From the NCBI GenBank assembly GCA_015490715.1, contig WFXH01000106.1:2177-66176 (forward strand): a stretch of 64,000 nucleotides of DNA, written 5' to 3'. Made by a program: the position numbers and the translations under genes. This DNA comes from Saprospiraceae bacterium. Lineage in GTDB: Bacteria > Bacteroidota > Bacteroidia > Chitinophagales > Saprospiraceae. This document shows positions 41,013 to 51,000 of the stretch, piece by piece. Each line of letters begins with the position of its first letter. Position 1 is the first letter of the stretch. The notes under the pieces are model-generated. The model searched no databases and was not told where the DNA came from. It saw only the letters and a list, made by a program, of their open reading frames with translations.

Positions 41013-41690
41013 ATGGTCCTTTTGCCATCGCGGGGCACCCTCTTTCCCCATCCCTTGGCGGTAGAGGGCGATATCGTGGGTGTGACAAAAACACTGAATG
41101 TCGAGAGGCTTCAATCGGCCTACTTACACGGTATTTTTCCGTGGTACAATGAAGGGGAGCCGGTGCTTTGGTGGTTTCCCAAACCGAGAGCGGTGCTCTT
41201 TCCCTCCAAACTCCGCGTCCACAAGAGCATGCGCAATGTACTCAACCGTCGGCCGTGGAGGGTGAGTTGGGACAGGGCCTTTACGGAAGTCATACGACAT
41301 TGTGCAGAGGTGCCTCGCAAGGGCCAGCGGGGTACGTGGATCACGGAGGAAATGCAGGAGCGGTATATCCAGCTGCACCACCTGGGTTGGACCCATAGTG
41401 TAGAGGTATGGGAAGGCGATACGCTCGTAGGGGGATTATACGGGGTGTTGGTCGGTCGGGTGTTTTTTGGAGAGTCGATGTTTAGCTTGCGGTCGAATGC
41501 CTCGAAATACGCTCTCATCCACATGGTGAGGCAGTTGGAGCGTCGTGGTCTTCTACTCATTGATGTACAGCAAGATACGGCGCACCTGCGCAGCTTAGGG
41601 GCGGAGGCGATTTCTGCTGAGCGGTTTCACCATTTTATGCGCCAAAATCGACGCTATTGGCTGAGGTATGGGTCAATACCGTTTGGGTAA
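41013..41690 (+). CDS. aat: Leucyl/phenylalanyl-tRNA--protein transferase
   Basis: 'YLHGIFPWYNEGEPVLWWFPKPRAVL', 'GTWITEEM', 'SVEVWEGDTLVGGLYG', 'FGESMFS'. Starts immediately after the clpS stop. Confidence 0.92.
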   Translation: MVLLPSRGTLFPHPLAVEGDIVGVTKTLNVERLQSAYLHGIFPWYNEGEPVLWWFPKPRAVLFPSKLRVHKSMRNVLNRRPWRVSWDRAFTEVIRHCAEVPRKGQRGTWITEEMQERYIQLHHLGWTHSVEVWEGDTLVGGLYGVLVGRVFFGESMFSLRSNASKYALIHMVRQLERRGLLLIDVQQDTAHLRSLGAEAISAERFHHFMRQNRRYWLRYGSIPFG

Positions 41691-42362
41691 TTATTGTTCG
41701 AAGGCGAATTGCACGATGTTGGCGCCCATTTTGAGGGCCTGTTGGCGCTTGTATTCGGGGTCGTTGTGCACTTCGGGGTCTTCCCAGCCATCGCCGAGAT
41801 CGGTTTCATACGAATAAAAACACACCAAGCGTCCCTGGTAGATAAGGCCAAACCCCTGGGGAGGTTTGCCATCGTGTTCGTGGATCTTAGGAAGGCCGTT
41901 TTTAAATTCGAAGGCCTTGTGGTAGATGGGATGGTCGAAGGGGAGCTCGACGAAATCAAGTTCGGGGAAGACCTTTTTCATTGCAACGCGCACGTAGGGG
42001 TCCATGCCGTAGTTGTCGTCGATGTGGAGAAAGCCCCCTCCAATGAGGTACTGTCGTAAATTTTTTGCCTCCTGGTCGGAAAAGACGACGTTGCCGTGCC
42101 CCGTCATGTGGATAAAGGGGTAATTGAAGATTTCGGAGCTTCCGACATCGACGGTGGCGTAGTCGGGGTCGATGCGCGTGTGGAGATGGGTATTGCAAAA
42201 CTCCGAGAGGTTTTTTAGCGATGTGGGGTTGGCGTACCAGTCTCCTCCGCCTCGGTACTTTAGGAGGGCGAGCTTGATCGTGTAGAGGGGAGCTTGTGCG
42301 TGGAGCCCAAGTCCCATCACCAGGAAAACACTACCCAAGATGATTCGTGTTGCATACATCAT
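41691..42362 (-). CDS. DUF4159 domain protein
   Basis: Signal peptide from ATG 42362. 'LALLKYRGGGDWYANPTSLKNL' and 'YPFIHMTGHGNVVFSDQEAKNLRQYLIGGGFLHIDDNYG'. Confidence 0.75.
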   Translation of the reverse strand: MMYATRIILGSVFLVMGLGLHAQAPLYTIKLALLKYRGGGDWYANPTSLKNLSEFCNTHLHTRIDPDYATVDVGSSEIFNYPFIHMTGHGNVVFSDQEAKNLRQYLIGGGFLHIDDNYGMDPYVRVAMKKVFPELDFVELPFDHPIYHKAFEFKNGLPKIHEHDGKPPQGFGLIYQGRLVCFYSYETDLGDGWEDPEVHNDPEYKRQQALKMGANIVQFAFEQ

Positions 42363-42434
42363 CGTGACGTGTTGGCAAATTGGGTGTCCATACAACGTCG
42401 GAAGGAGCTTGTAGGATATATTTGATCTATGAAT

Positions 42435-42464
42435 TTTGATAAAAAAAGAGAAATCGTATCTTTG
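42435..42464 (+). promoter_or_regulatory. Candidate Bacteroidota promoter (-33 TTTG / -7 TATCTTTG) for proC
   Basis: TTTG at 42435-42438, an 18-nt spacer, and TATCTTTG at 42457-42464, 38 nt before the ATG. A second TATATTTG lies at 42417-42424. Confidence 0.4.
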
Positions 42465-42502
42465 AAAACTTTTAACAGCGGTGTGATGAAAACGTATCGA
42501 CG

Positions 42503-43315
42503 ATGCGAATCTTGATCATTGGTGGGGGCAATATGGGTTCGGTCTACGCGGAGAGCTTTTTAAAATCGCACATCGTAGAGCCTTCGAAATTGATGATTTT
42601 AGAGAAGTCGCCCCAAAAGGCGGAGGCATTGCGGGAGCGCAAGCTCGGGTCGGTATTTTTACGGCCGGAGGAGTGCTTGCCGCATTCGGATCTGGTGGTA
42701 TTGGCGGTCAAGCCGCAGGATACGGGTGAGCTCTTTCGCCAGATTGGGGACATGACGGATACCTCGCAGGTGGTGTTGTCCATCATGGCGGGTGTGAAGA
42801 TGCGCACGATTGCCGATGCGCTAAAGGTGGATAAAATAGTGCGGGCCATGCCCAACCTGCCGGCTAAAGTGGGGCGTGGCATGACGGTGTTTACGGCTGC
42901 CGAGGCGGTCACGCGCATCGAGCTGGCCATGGTGCAAAACCTCATCAACACCACGGGCAAGAGCTTGTACGTCCAGGAGGAATCCATGTTGGATGCGGCG
43001 ACGGCCATCAGTGGAAGTGGCCCGGCGTATGTGTGGTATTTCATGGATGCCCTCGTCGAAGCGGCACAGAATATGGGCTTTAACAAATCGGAGGCTGAGT
43101 TATTGGTGAGCCAGACCTTTTTAGGGGCTATTCAGCTCTATCAGGCGTCGGATTTAGACCTCACGGAGTGGATCCAACGCGTGTGTTCGCGAGGAGGCAC
43201 CACGGAAGCGGCCTTAGCCGATATGGATGCCCATCGCGTGCGCGCATTGTTGTGCTCAGGAGCAGATGCAGCTCTCAAGCGCGCTAAAGAGTTGGGCGAT
43301 GGAAAAGCATCGTGA
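42503..43315 (+). CDS. proC: Pyrroline-5-carboxylate reductase
   Basis: 'ILIIGGGNMGS', 'VLAVKPQD', 'RAMPNLPAKVGRGMT', 'SGSGPAYVWYFMDAL', 'VCSRGGTTEAAL'. Confidence 0.92.
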   Translation: MRILIIGGGNMGSVYAESFLKSHIVEPSKLMILEKSPQKAEALRERKLGSVFLRPEECLPHSDLVVLAVKPQDTGELFRQIGDMTDTSQVVLSIMAGVKMRTIADALKVDKIVRAMPNLPAKVGRGMTVFTAAEAVTRIELAMVQNLINTTGKSLYVQEESMLDAATAISGSGPAYVWYFMDALVEAAQNMGFNKSEAELLVSQTFLGAIQLYQASDLDLTEWIQRVCSRGGTTEAALADMDAHRVRALLCSGADAALKRAKELGDGKAS

Positions 43316-44297
43316 GCAAGAGCCTCCTGTGGTACTGGTAGCCACTGAGGTCCATAATGTCCTCATCGAAGGCTTAAGAGAGTTGGGGTATACGGTGATC
43401 TATCGGCCCTTGTGTGATGCGCATGAGCTTCTGCAGTGGCTTCCGAAGGTAGAAGGGCTCATAGTGGGTTCTGCTTCGGCCCTATCGTGTGCGCTTTTGA
43501 AGCGTGCGGCTCGGCTGCGCTTTATCGGCCGGCCGGGATCGGGCCTGGATCACGTCGATACGGCTTGTGCCGAGGTGCTCGGCATACGTCTTTTTCGTTC
43601 GCCCGAAGGCAATGCAGATGCGGTAGCTGAACACGTCGTGATGGCTCTCCTTGCCTTTGAGAGACAGTTGTTGAAGGCCGACCGCAGCATGCGACAGCAC
43701 CAATGGTTACGACGGCAATTGCGCGGCGTTGAGCTCACCGGTAAGTGCCTGGGCATCATCGGCTGTGGCCATACAGGGGGAGCACTTGCCCAAAAACTCA
43801 GCACATGGGGTATGCAAATACTTGTCTACGATAAGTACAAGACGGCTGTGGAGATGAAGCATCGACTCCCACATATTGAGGTCTGTGATCTCGAAGCGGT
43901 GTTAAAGCGATCGGATTACCTCAGCATCCACGTTCCGCTCACCGAGGAGACGCGACACATGGTCGATAGGGATTTTCTTCGCCGTATGAAACGCGGAAGT
44001 GTCTTGATCAACACCTCTCGTGGAGGAGTATTGGATCTCTCTGCTCTGGTGGAGGCCATGGAGAGCGGTCAACTTCGTGGAGCGTGTGTGGATGTTTTTG
44101 AAGAGGAAAATTGGGATAAGACAAAAGTGTCCGCAGATTTTAAGAGTGCCTACGAACGCCTTGCTTCCCTACCCAATACCATCTTGACGCCCCATATAGC
44201 TGGGCTCACCAACGAATCCCTCTACAAATGCAGTCTATCTTTAATGGAGAAAATTGCTCTATGGAGAAAACAGATGGAAGGCAGAAAGGATGAGTAA
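43299..44297 (+). CDS. D-isomer-specific 2-hydroxyacid dehydrogenase (PGDH-like)
   Basis: NAD motif 'LGIIGCGHTGGALAQKL', 'INTSRGGVLD' and 'TPHIAGLT'. The start is ambiguous: ATG 43299 overlaps proC by 17 nt, and a downstream GTG is possible. Confidence 0.8.
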   Translation: MEKHREQEPPVVLVATEVHNVLIEGLRELGYTVIYRPLCDAHELLQWLPKVEGLIVGSASALSCALLKRAARLRFIGRPGSGLDHVDTACAEVLGIRLFRSPEGNADAVAEHVVMALLAFERQLLKADRSMRQHQWLRRQLRGVELTGKCLGIIGCGHTGGALAQKLSTWGMQILVYDKYKTAVEMKHRLPHIEVCDLEAVLKRSDYLSIHVPLTEETRHMVDRDFLRRMKRGSVLINTSRGGVLDLSALVEAMESGQLRGACVDVFEEENWDKTKVSADFKSAYERLASLPNTILTPHIAGLTNESLYKCSLSLMEKIALWRKQMEGRKDE

Positions 44298-44306
44298 AGA
44301 ATTTTA

Positions 44307-44314
44307 TAACTTTG
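44307..44314 (+). promoter_or_regulatory. Candidate -7 box (TAACTTTG) upstream of the outer-membrane trio
   Basis: Match to TAnnTTTG, 52 nt upstream of ATG 44367 in the 69-nt intergenic gap. Confidence 0.3.
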
Positions 44315-44366
44315 GTGCTTTGAAGTACAGTTGGTAAAGGGAGTGAAAACAAAATACATCGATAGG

Positions 44367-47300
44367 ATGAAGAAGTTACTTGGCATTGCGAGTGCGTGTC
44401 TGCTGCTTATGGGCTATGCACGGTCACAGACGGTGCTTCAAGGGAAGGTAGTGGACTATGAGACGGGAGAGCCGTTGATAGCGGCCAATGTCGCTGTATA
44501 CTCCGACGGCTTGCTTGTGGCGGGTGATGTGACGGACTATGAGGGAAGTTTTCGCATTCCCGTTGATCCGGGCACGTACGAGGTAGAGGCATCGTATCTG
44601 GGTTATCAGACGATGCGGCTGACGGATATCGTGATGGTATCGGGGAAAATTCTCGTGCTGGATTTTAAGCTCAAGCGGGAGGGCGTAGTGCTCAAGGCTG
44701 TAGAGGTCAAGAGCAATAAGCCGCCCATTATCGACAAGGGCAATACGACGACGGGTCGTACGCTCACGGCAGAGACTATTCAAAATCTACCCTCACGCGG
44801 TGTCAACACCATCGTGACGCTTACGGCTGGAGCAACCTCTCAAGATGGAGGGAGCATCAACATCAAGGGAAGCCGAAGTGCGCAGACGGTGTACTATCTT
44901 GACGACATTCGGGTAACCTCTGCCAGCATGATTCCCAGTACAGAGATTGACCAATTGCAGGTGTTGACGGGAGGTATTGGGGCCGAATACGGAGATTTAA
45001 CGGGTGGAGTCATTGCGGTCACTTCGAAGGGGCCTCGAGGTAAGTTTAAAGGAGGCCTTGAGCTGGAGACTTCGCAGTTTCTCGATCCCTACGGCTACAA
45101 TTTGGCCAATATGTACGTCACTGGGCCGATATTGAAACGCGGCACCCGACCATTGCTGGGTTTCCGTGCTTTTGGTCAGTTTTTGTACCGCAAGGAGAGC
45201 GATCCACCAGCTGGAGGCATCTACGCAGCTACCGAAGAGACGATCAATGACCTATCGGTCAATCCGCTGATTAGGAAAGGGGGTATTTTGCTTCCGCGCG
45301 GTGAATTTCTCTCCTTAGGTAATGGCGTCGAACTCCGAAAGACGCGCCCCAACCAACCGCGTACCGATGTGGATTTAGGGGGGAAGTTATTCTACTACAT
45401 CAACGATGCCATGGATCTGACCGTGTCGGGGACGTACTCCAATGTGCACACGCGGTTTGTACCGCGCACATTCAATGGCGACAGTCGTTACAACTACTAT
45501 AGAGGTGCTGGCCCCTGGTATTTTTTCAATTGGCCGTACAATCCCGAGTTTATCCGCAACAACTACACCTTAAACATGCGCTTTCGCCATCGCCTGGGTG
45601 CCAAGTCGTCGATTGCACCTCCCAGCGGTGGGGAGAAGAAGAAAAAGCCCAACACCTCACTGATCAGCAATGCTTCGTATACGATCCATTTGGGCTATGA
45701 GCAGCAAAACTCAGTCGAACAAGATGCGCGACACAAGGATAAGCTCTTCAATTACGGATATGTCGGCAAGTTTGACCGTCGATGGGATACACTCGTACTC
45801 GGTGGGCTTCACATCGGATATCAAGAGCGTCTGGTATCGTACGAGCCTGCCGGCATCAATCCCATTCTTGAGTCGTACAACCAGTACATCGATCGCAAGC
45901 CCAATTTGTACTTTGAGTACAATGCGTACAACGGAGAGATTACGCCCCTGTACACTACGGTGTGGAACGTCTTCAGCAATGTCACTGGTGTGTACAATAG
46001 GTATCAAAAGAGAAAATTTGAGCGCTATACGGGTAAGGTGAAGGTGCAGTTTGACATCATTCCCTTTGGCATATCGCGCGGTGTGCACAACATCGTCGTA
46101 GGAGGTCAGTTTGAGCAGAGGGTGCATCGACTCTGGTCGGCCACTCCCATGGAGCTATGGAGAGCTGCGCGCATCTTAGCCAACCAGCACATCGGCTCGC
46201 TGGATACGCTCCACATCGTGGCTGAAAAGGATGGGGTGCCCATCTACGGCCTTCAGATTGAAGACGATCCCACCGACGTATTTGCCCGCGAAGTGCGCAA
46301 GCTGATGTTCCCCAACGAGCCGCTCATTGGGGAGGATAAAAACGGCACGATGTATCGGTATGTCAATACGGATATCCTATCGCCGGACGATTTGAGCTTG
46401 AGCATGTTTTCGCCGCGTGAGCTCTCCGACTTGCGCGTGTTGTACTTTTACGGTTACGACCACTTGGGCAACGAAACGCCCCTCAATGCGACGTTTGAAG
46501 ATTTCTTTAAGCGCGACGAAAACGGCGTACAGACCTTCACTGTAGCCCCATACAAGCCCATCTATGGGGCATTTTTCCTTCAGGATCGCTTCAACATCGG
46601 AGATATCATCTTCCGTTTTGGAGTGCGTGTGGATTATTTCGATGCCAATCAGAAGGTGTTGAAGGACAAGTATTCGCTGTATCCCATCATGACGGCGGCG
46701 GATTTTCACAGCGATCCGCAAAACGGGCCAAAGCCGCCCAACGTTGGCGACGATTTCAAGGTATATCTGGCCAAACCTGAGTCGAATGTCGTCTTGGGGT
46801 ATCGCGATGGCGATACGTGGTACGATGCCGAGGGTCGTCAGCTCAATAGCGGTAGAGAGCTATTCGGCGAAGGGGGATTGGTCCTGCCGGCCTTTTTGAA
46901 AGAGGATACGTTTTACAAGCTCGAAAGTCCCGCTTTCAATCCGGATTTAGCCTTCAAGGATTACGATCCCCAGGTCAATGTGATGCCGCGCCTGGGCTTT
47001 TCCTTCCCCATCTCCGATGAGGCCAATTTCTTTGCGCATTACGACGTGCTGGTGTCCAGGCCTTACACGGGAAACATCGCAACTGCTTATGATTACTTTT
47101 ATTTCACGGATCCCAACCGCACACCGGTCAATAATCCGGATCTCAAACCCGAAAAGATGATCGACTACGAGGTCGGATTTCAGCAAAAGATCACCGATAA
47201 CTCCGCCATTAAATTGTCGATGTACTATCGCGAATTCCGCAATCAAATTCAATTGCGCAATCTTCTCTTTACAGCTCCCGAGCCCATTAGTTCGTACATT

Positions 47301-48032
47301 CTATTTGACAACATCGACTTTGGTACGAGTAAGGGATTGACGGTCGAATACGAGTTGCGCCGTACGGGCAATGTGCAGATGCTCGTTTCCTATACTCTGG
47401 GCTTTGCAGAAGGCACGGGCTCGGATGAGGTTTCGCAGCGGCAGTTTATCAGCAGGGGCTTCAACATTCGCACCCTGTCGCCGCTCACCTTTGATGAGCG
47501 CCATCGGCTGGTGATGAACATCGATTACCGCTACGGCAGCGGCAAGCAGTACACGGGGCCGGAGCTCTATGGCATGCCGATATTCGAAAATACGGGTCTA
47601 AACATCCAGTTTACAGCAGCCAGTGGCCGTCCTTACACGAAGGCAAAGTTTCCCGGTCGCTTTGGAGGACGCGGCGTAGCGGGCCAAATCAATGGCGCGC
47701 GTCTACCTGCAAACTACACCGTCGACGCTAAGCTGGACCGACGTTTTACCTTCACTCTTGGAGGAAAGAAAAAGATCAACATGTATGCCTACCTGAGGGT
47801 CAATAATCTGTTTGATACGCGCAATATTCTCAGAGTGTATTCCTTTACGGGATCGCCCAAGAGCGACGGGTATTTTACGTCGGTAGAGGGACAAAATTCA
47901 CTGGCTCAGCTGCAACAATCGCGTCCTGAAGATGTGCAGTACTTCATCGAGATGTACAAGTTTCGCCTGCACAATCCGAACTTTTACTCTTTGCCGAGGC
48001 GTATACGCTTGGGCTTTTCCTTCTCATTTTAA
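44367..48032 (+). CDS. CarboxypepD_reg-fused TonB-dependent-receptor-like outer-membrane barrel (1221 aa)
   Basis: Signal peptide MKKLLGIASACLLLMGYARSQ. 'LQGKVVDYETGEPLIAANVAVY...PGTYEVEASYLGYQ' (carboxypeptidase-regulatory fold). Plug region 'TAETIQNLPSRGVNTIVTLTAG...IKGSR...VYYLDDIRV...EIDQLQVLTGGIGAEYGDLTGGVIAVTSKGP'. Long barrel ending 'RIRLGFSFSF'. Confidence 0.8.
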   Translation: MKKLLGIASACLLLMGYARSQTVLQGKVVDYETGEPLIAANVAVYSDGLLVAGDVTDYEGSFRIPVDPGTYEVEASYLGYQTMRLTDIVMVSGKILVLDFKLKREGVVLKAVEVKSNKPPIIDKGNTTTGRTLTAETIQNLPSRGVNTIVTLTAGATSQDGGSINIKGSRSAQTVYYLDDIRVTSASMIPSTEIDQLQVLTGGIGAEYGDLTGGVIAVTSKGPRGKFKGGLELETSQFLDPYGYNLANMYVTGPILKRGTRPLLGFRAFGQFLYRKESDPPAGGIYAATEETINDLSVNPLIRKGGILLPRGEFLSLGNGVELRKTRPNQPRTDVDLGGKLFYYINDAMDLTVSGTYSNVHTRFVPRTFNGDSRYNYYRGAGPWYFFNWPYNPEFIRNNYTLNMRFRHRLGAKSSIAPPSGGEKKKKPNTSLISNASYTIHLGYEQQNSVEQDARHKDKLFNYGYVGKFDRRWDTLVLGGLHIGYQERLVSYEPAGINPILESYNQYIDRKPNLYFEYNAYNGEITPLYTTVWNVFSNVTGVYNRYQKRKFERYTGKVKVQFDIIPFGISRGVHNIVVGGQFEQRVHRLWSATPMELWRAARILANQHIGSLDTLHIVAEKDGVPIYGLQIEDDPTDVFAREVRKLMFPNEPLIGEDKNGTMYRYVNTDILSPDDLSLSMFSPRELSDLRVLYFYGYDHLGNETPLNATFEDFFKRDENGVQTFTVAPYKPIYGAFFLQDRFNIGDIIFRFGVRVDYFDANQKVLKDKYSLYPIMTAADFHSDPQNGPKPPNVGDDFKVYLAKPESNVVLGYRDGDTWYDAEGRQLNSGRELFGEGGLVLPAFLKEDTFYKLESPAFNPDLAFKDYDPQVNVMPRLGFSFPISDEANFFAHYDVLVSRPYTGNIATAYDYFYFTDPNRTPVNNPDLKPEKMIDYEVGFQQKITDNSAIKLSMYYREFRNQIQLRNLLFTAPEPISSYILFDNIDFGTSKGLTVEYELRRTGNVQMLVSYTLGFAEGTGSDEVSQRQFISRGFNIRTLSPLTFDERHRLVMNIDYRYGSGKQYTGPELYGMPIFENTGLNIQFTAASGRPYTKAKFPGRFGGRGVAGQINGARLPANYTVDAKLDRRFTFTLGGKKKINMYAYLRVNNLFDTRNILRVYSFTGSPKSDGYFTSVEGQNSLAQLQQSRPEDVQYFIEMYKFRLHNPNFYSLPRRIRLGFSFSF

Positions 48033-48046
48033 TTAAATGCATTGGT

Positions 48047-51000
48047 ATGATGAAAAGGTTTCAAACGAATAAAAGGCAGAGCAATATGAACATGCTGCGG
48101 TATTTACTCCTTGTCGGGGTGTTTTTGGGACTATGGACTCCTGCGGAGGCCTATATCGTCCCCGGCAAGAAGAAAAAACGCGTGAGCAAAGTAGAGCTGA
48201 GGGAAAAGTGCAAACCACCAGAAGCTTTTGCGGATCTGAGTATCAACAATGTCCGCGCCCGACTGCTTACGGGCGGTGATTTGTGGTGGGACGGAGACGG
48301 CAAAGCGCGTTATGTCGTGCCCAAAGTCGATCCCACCTCGGGAGAGCCGGAAGTGTCCAGTCTCTTTGCAGGCTCGGTATGGATCGGTGGTTTTCAGGGT
48401 GGGAACTTAAAGGCTACAGCGCTCGACTATCGCACACAAGGATTTTCATGGTTTCCCGGTCCTCTTGACGACAGTACAGGGACGACCGATAGAGAGATTT
48501 GCGAGCGCTGGGACCGATTTTTTGAAGTGCTCGGCAAAGAGGTACGGGCTCATATCTCCAATTACAACAAGCGCAAGGAAGAAGGGACGTTGCCCATACC
48601 CGAAGATGAAATTCCCGATGGAGTAAAGTACTGGCCAGCCAAGGGCAATCGCTTTTTTGAAGAGCGATACCTCTTCCCCATCCCCGAGGGCAAACAGGGC
48701 TTTGGAACCTTTGCCGACGTCAATGGTAACTTCATCTATGACCCAGAATACGGCGACTTTCCCACCATCGAAATACGCGGTTGTGCGCTTTCACAAGAGC
48801 AAGTGCCCGACCAAATGTTCTTCTATGTCTACAACGACAAGGGGGCGGAGAGCACGCGCTTTGAGGGAGCCGTGGCCATGCAAATGGAGGTACAAGTGCA
48901 GGCCTTTGCCTATCAGACATCCGATGAGGTCAACGATATGACCTTTTATCGACACAAACTCATCAACCGGGCTACGCAGCGCATCGACAGTACCTACTTC
49001 GCCATGTGGGTCGATCCCGACTTAGGATGTTATGTTGACGACTACATCGGTTGTGATACCACAGGAGAAGTTGTGCTCGATACGGCTGGGAACTTTTTGG
49101 GATACCGCAGCCGAGACTTGATGTTTATCTACAACTCCGATGAGGTCGATGGCAATGTCGGCCCGGAATGCGATCAAGGGGTGCCCACTTATGGTACGAA
49201 CATCCCTATTTTGGGCGTGGACTACTTCCGCGGGCCGAAGGAGTTTTTCTTCGACTCCTTGGGCAATCCCCTCGATACCTTCGTAGAGCTCGGCATGTCG
49301 TCGTTTATGTATTACATCAACACGGGGAGCTCGCCCACGCCTATTCCTCCTATGACCGATCCCGATAAGATTACGGAAGTGTACAACTATATGACGGGGC
49401 GGTGGAAGGACGGCACGCGGCTTACCCTTGGCGGTACGGGCTATGACCCGCAGAGCACAAGGTATACGCGCTATGCTTTTCCCGGCTGGCCCAACGACCC
49501 CAATGGTTGGAGCATGTGTCAGGAGGGAACACCACCGGGTGATTTCCGCACAATACAAGCCTCAGGACCATTTATCTTGCTCCCAGGTGTGAAAAACGAG
49601 CTCATCATCGGCGTGGTATGGGTAGCTGATCAGGATTATCCCTGTCCTTCGTTGGATGAGCTCATTGCTGCAGATGAAAAGGCGCAGGACCTCTTTGACA
49701 ACTGCTTTGACATCACGGATGGACCGTCAGCGCCCAACGTTGACATTATCGAACTGGATCGCGAGCTCATCCTCGTATTGACGAATGATGACCCTACCCT
49801 CAATAACTACAAAGAGCAGTACAAAGAGCGGATCTTAGGCGCACCTCCCCAGATGAAAGATCCGTTTTACTATTTCGAGGGGTATCGCATCTACCAGGTA
49901 GCAGGGCCCAACGTCACGCGTGCAGAGCTCAACGATCCGGAAAAAGCTCGCGAAATAGCCACCTTTGACATCAAAAATGGTGTGAAAAAAATCTACAACT
50001 GGAAAGCCATTCCCAATCCCAACAAGCCCAGCGAACTCGTCTGGGTGCCTGAGCTCAAAGTCGAAGGCCTGGACAACGGCATACGCCATACGCTGCGCGT
50101 CACGGAAGACGCCTTTGCAGAATCAGGAGCCAAGCGGCTCATCAATCACAAGCCCTATTACTTCCTCGTCATTGCCTATGCCCAAAATAATGAGCTTCCT
50201 TTTGATCCAGATAGCCCCCTCACCACCTTTGAAACACCGTATATTGAGGGGCGTCTCAATGTGGGAGACGAAAACGGATTCCCCTACAAGGGTGTGCCGC
50301 GACCCATCATCTATCAAAAGCTCAATGCCGACTACGGCGATGGGCCGAAGATTGAAGCCTACGACGGTACGGGCGTCAACGGGCAGTTTTTGCGAATCGA
50401 TCAAGCCACAGAAGAAAAAATACTCAACGGCACCTTTGACGGCATCATCGGCTATGAAAAGGGTGCAGGCCCCATTCAAGTGCAGATTTACGATCCCCTC
50501 CGATGTAAAGATGGCGTGTTCTGGCTGTATTTTTACGACAGCAACAATCAAGATGCTGTCTTAGACAGCGATGCCAATTGGTATATGGTCTCGGAAGATG
50601 GTGACACCATCTTTTCCGAACGCACCATCGAACGACTCAATGAGCAAATCATCAAGAAATACGGTTTTGCCGTATCCATAGCGCAGACGAAAGAGCCCGG
50701 CTATTCGAAGGAGGACAACAACGGCTTTATCGGAGTAGAATACGAATATGCGCAAAACAAGCAGCAGCCGTGGCTCTTTACCGTGCCCAATGGATTCATC
50801 TACTTGTTTGAATTTCGCGGATTGAATCTCCAATTGCGCGCCTTCGATTTCATACAGAGAAACAACGAAAATATTACTAAAGTAGATCCCGCTGGAGCCT
50901 TTGCTTCGGCCTTTGGCCAGGGGTTTGTCCCCTACATCCTATGTGATCCAGAAACTTCGACAGGTTTAAGCGTCATTTCGCCAGCGTGGAGACACCCCAC

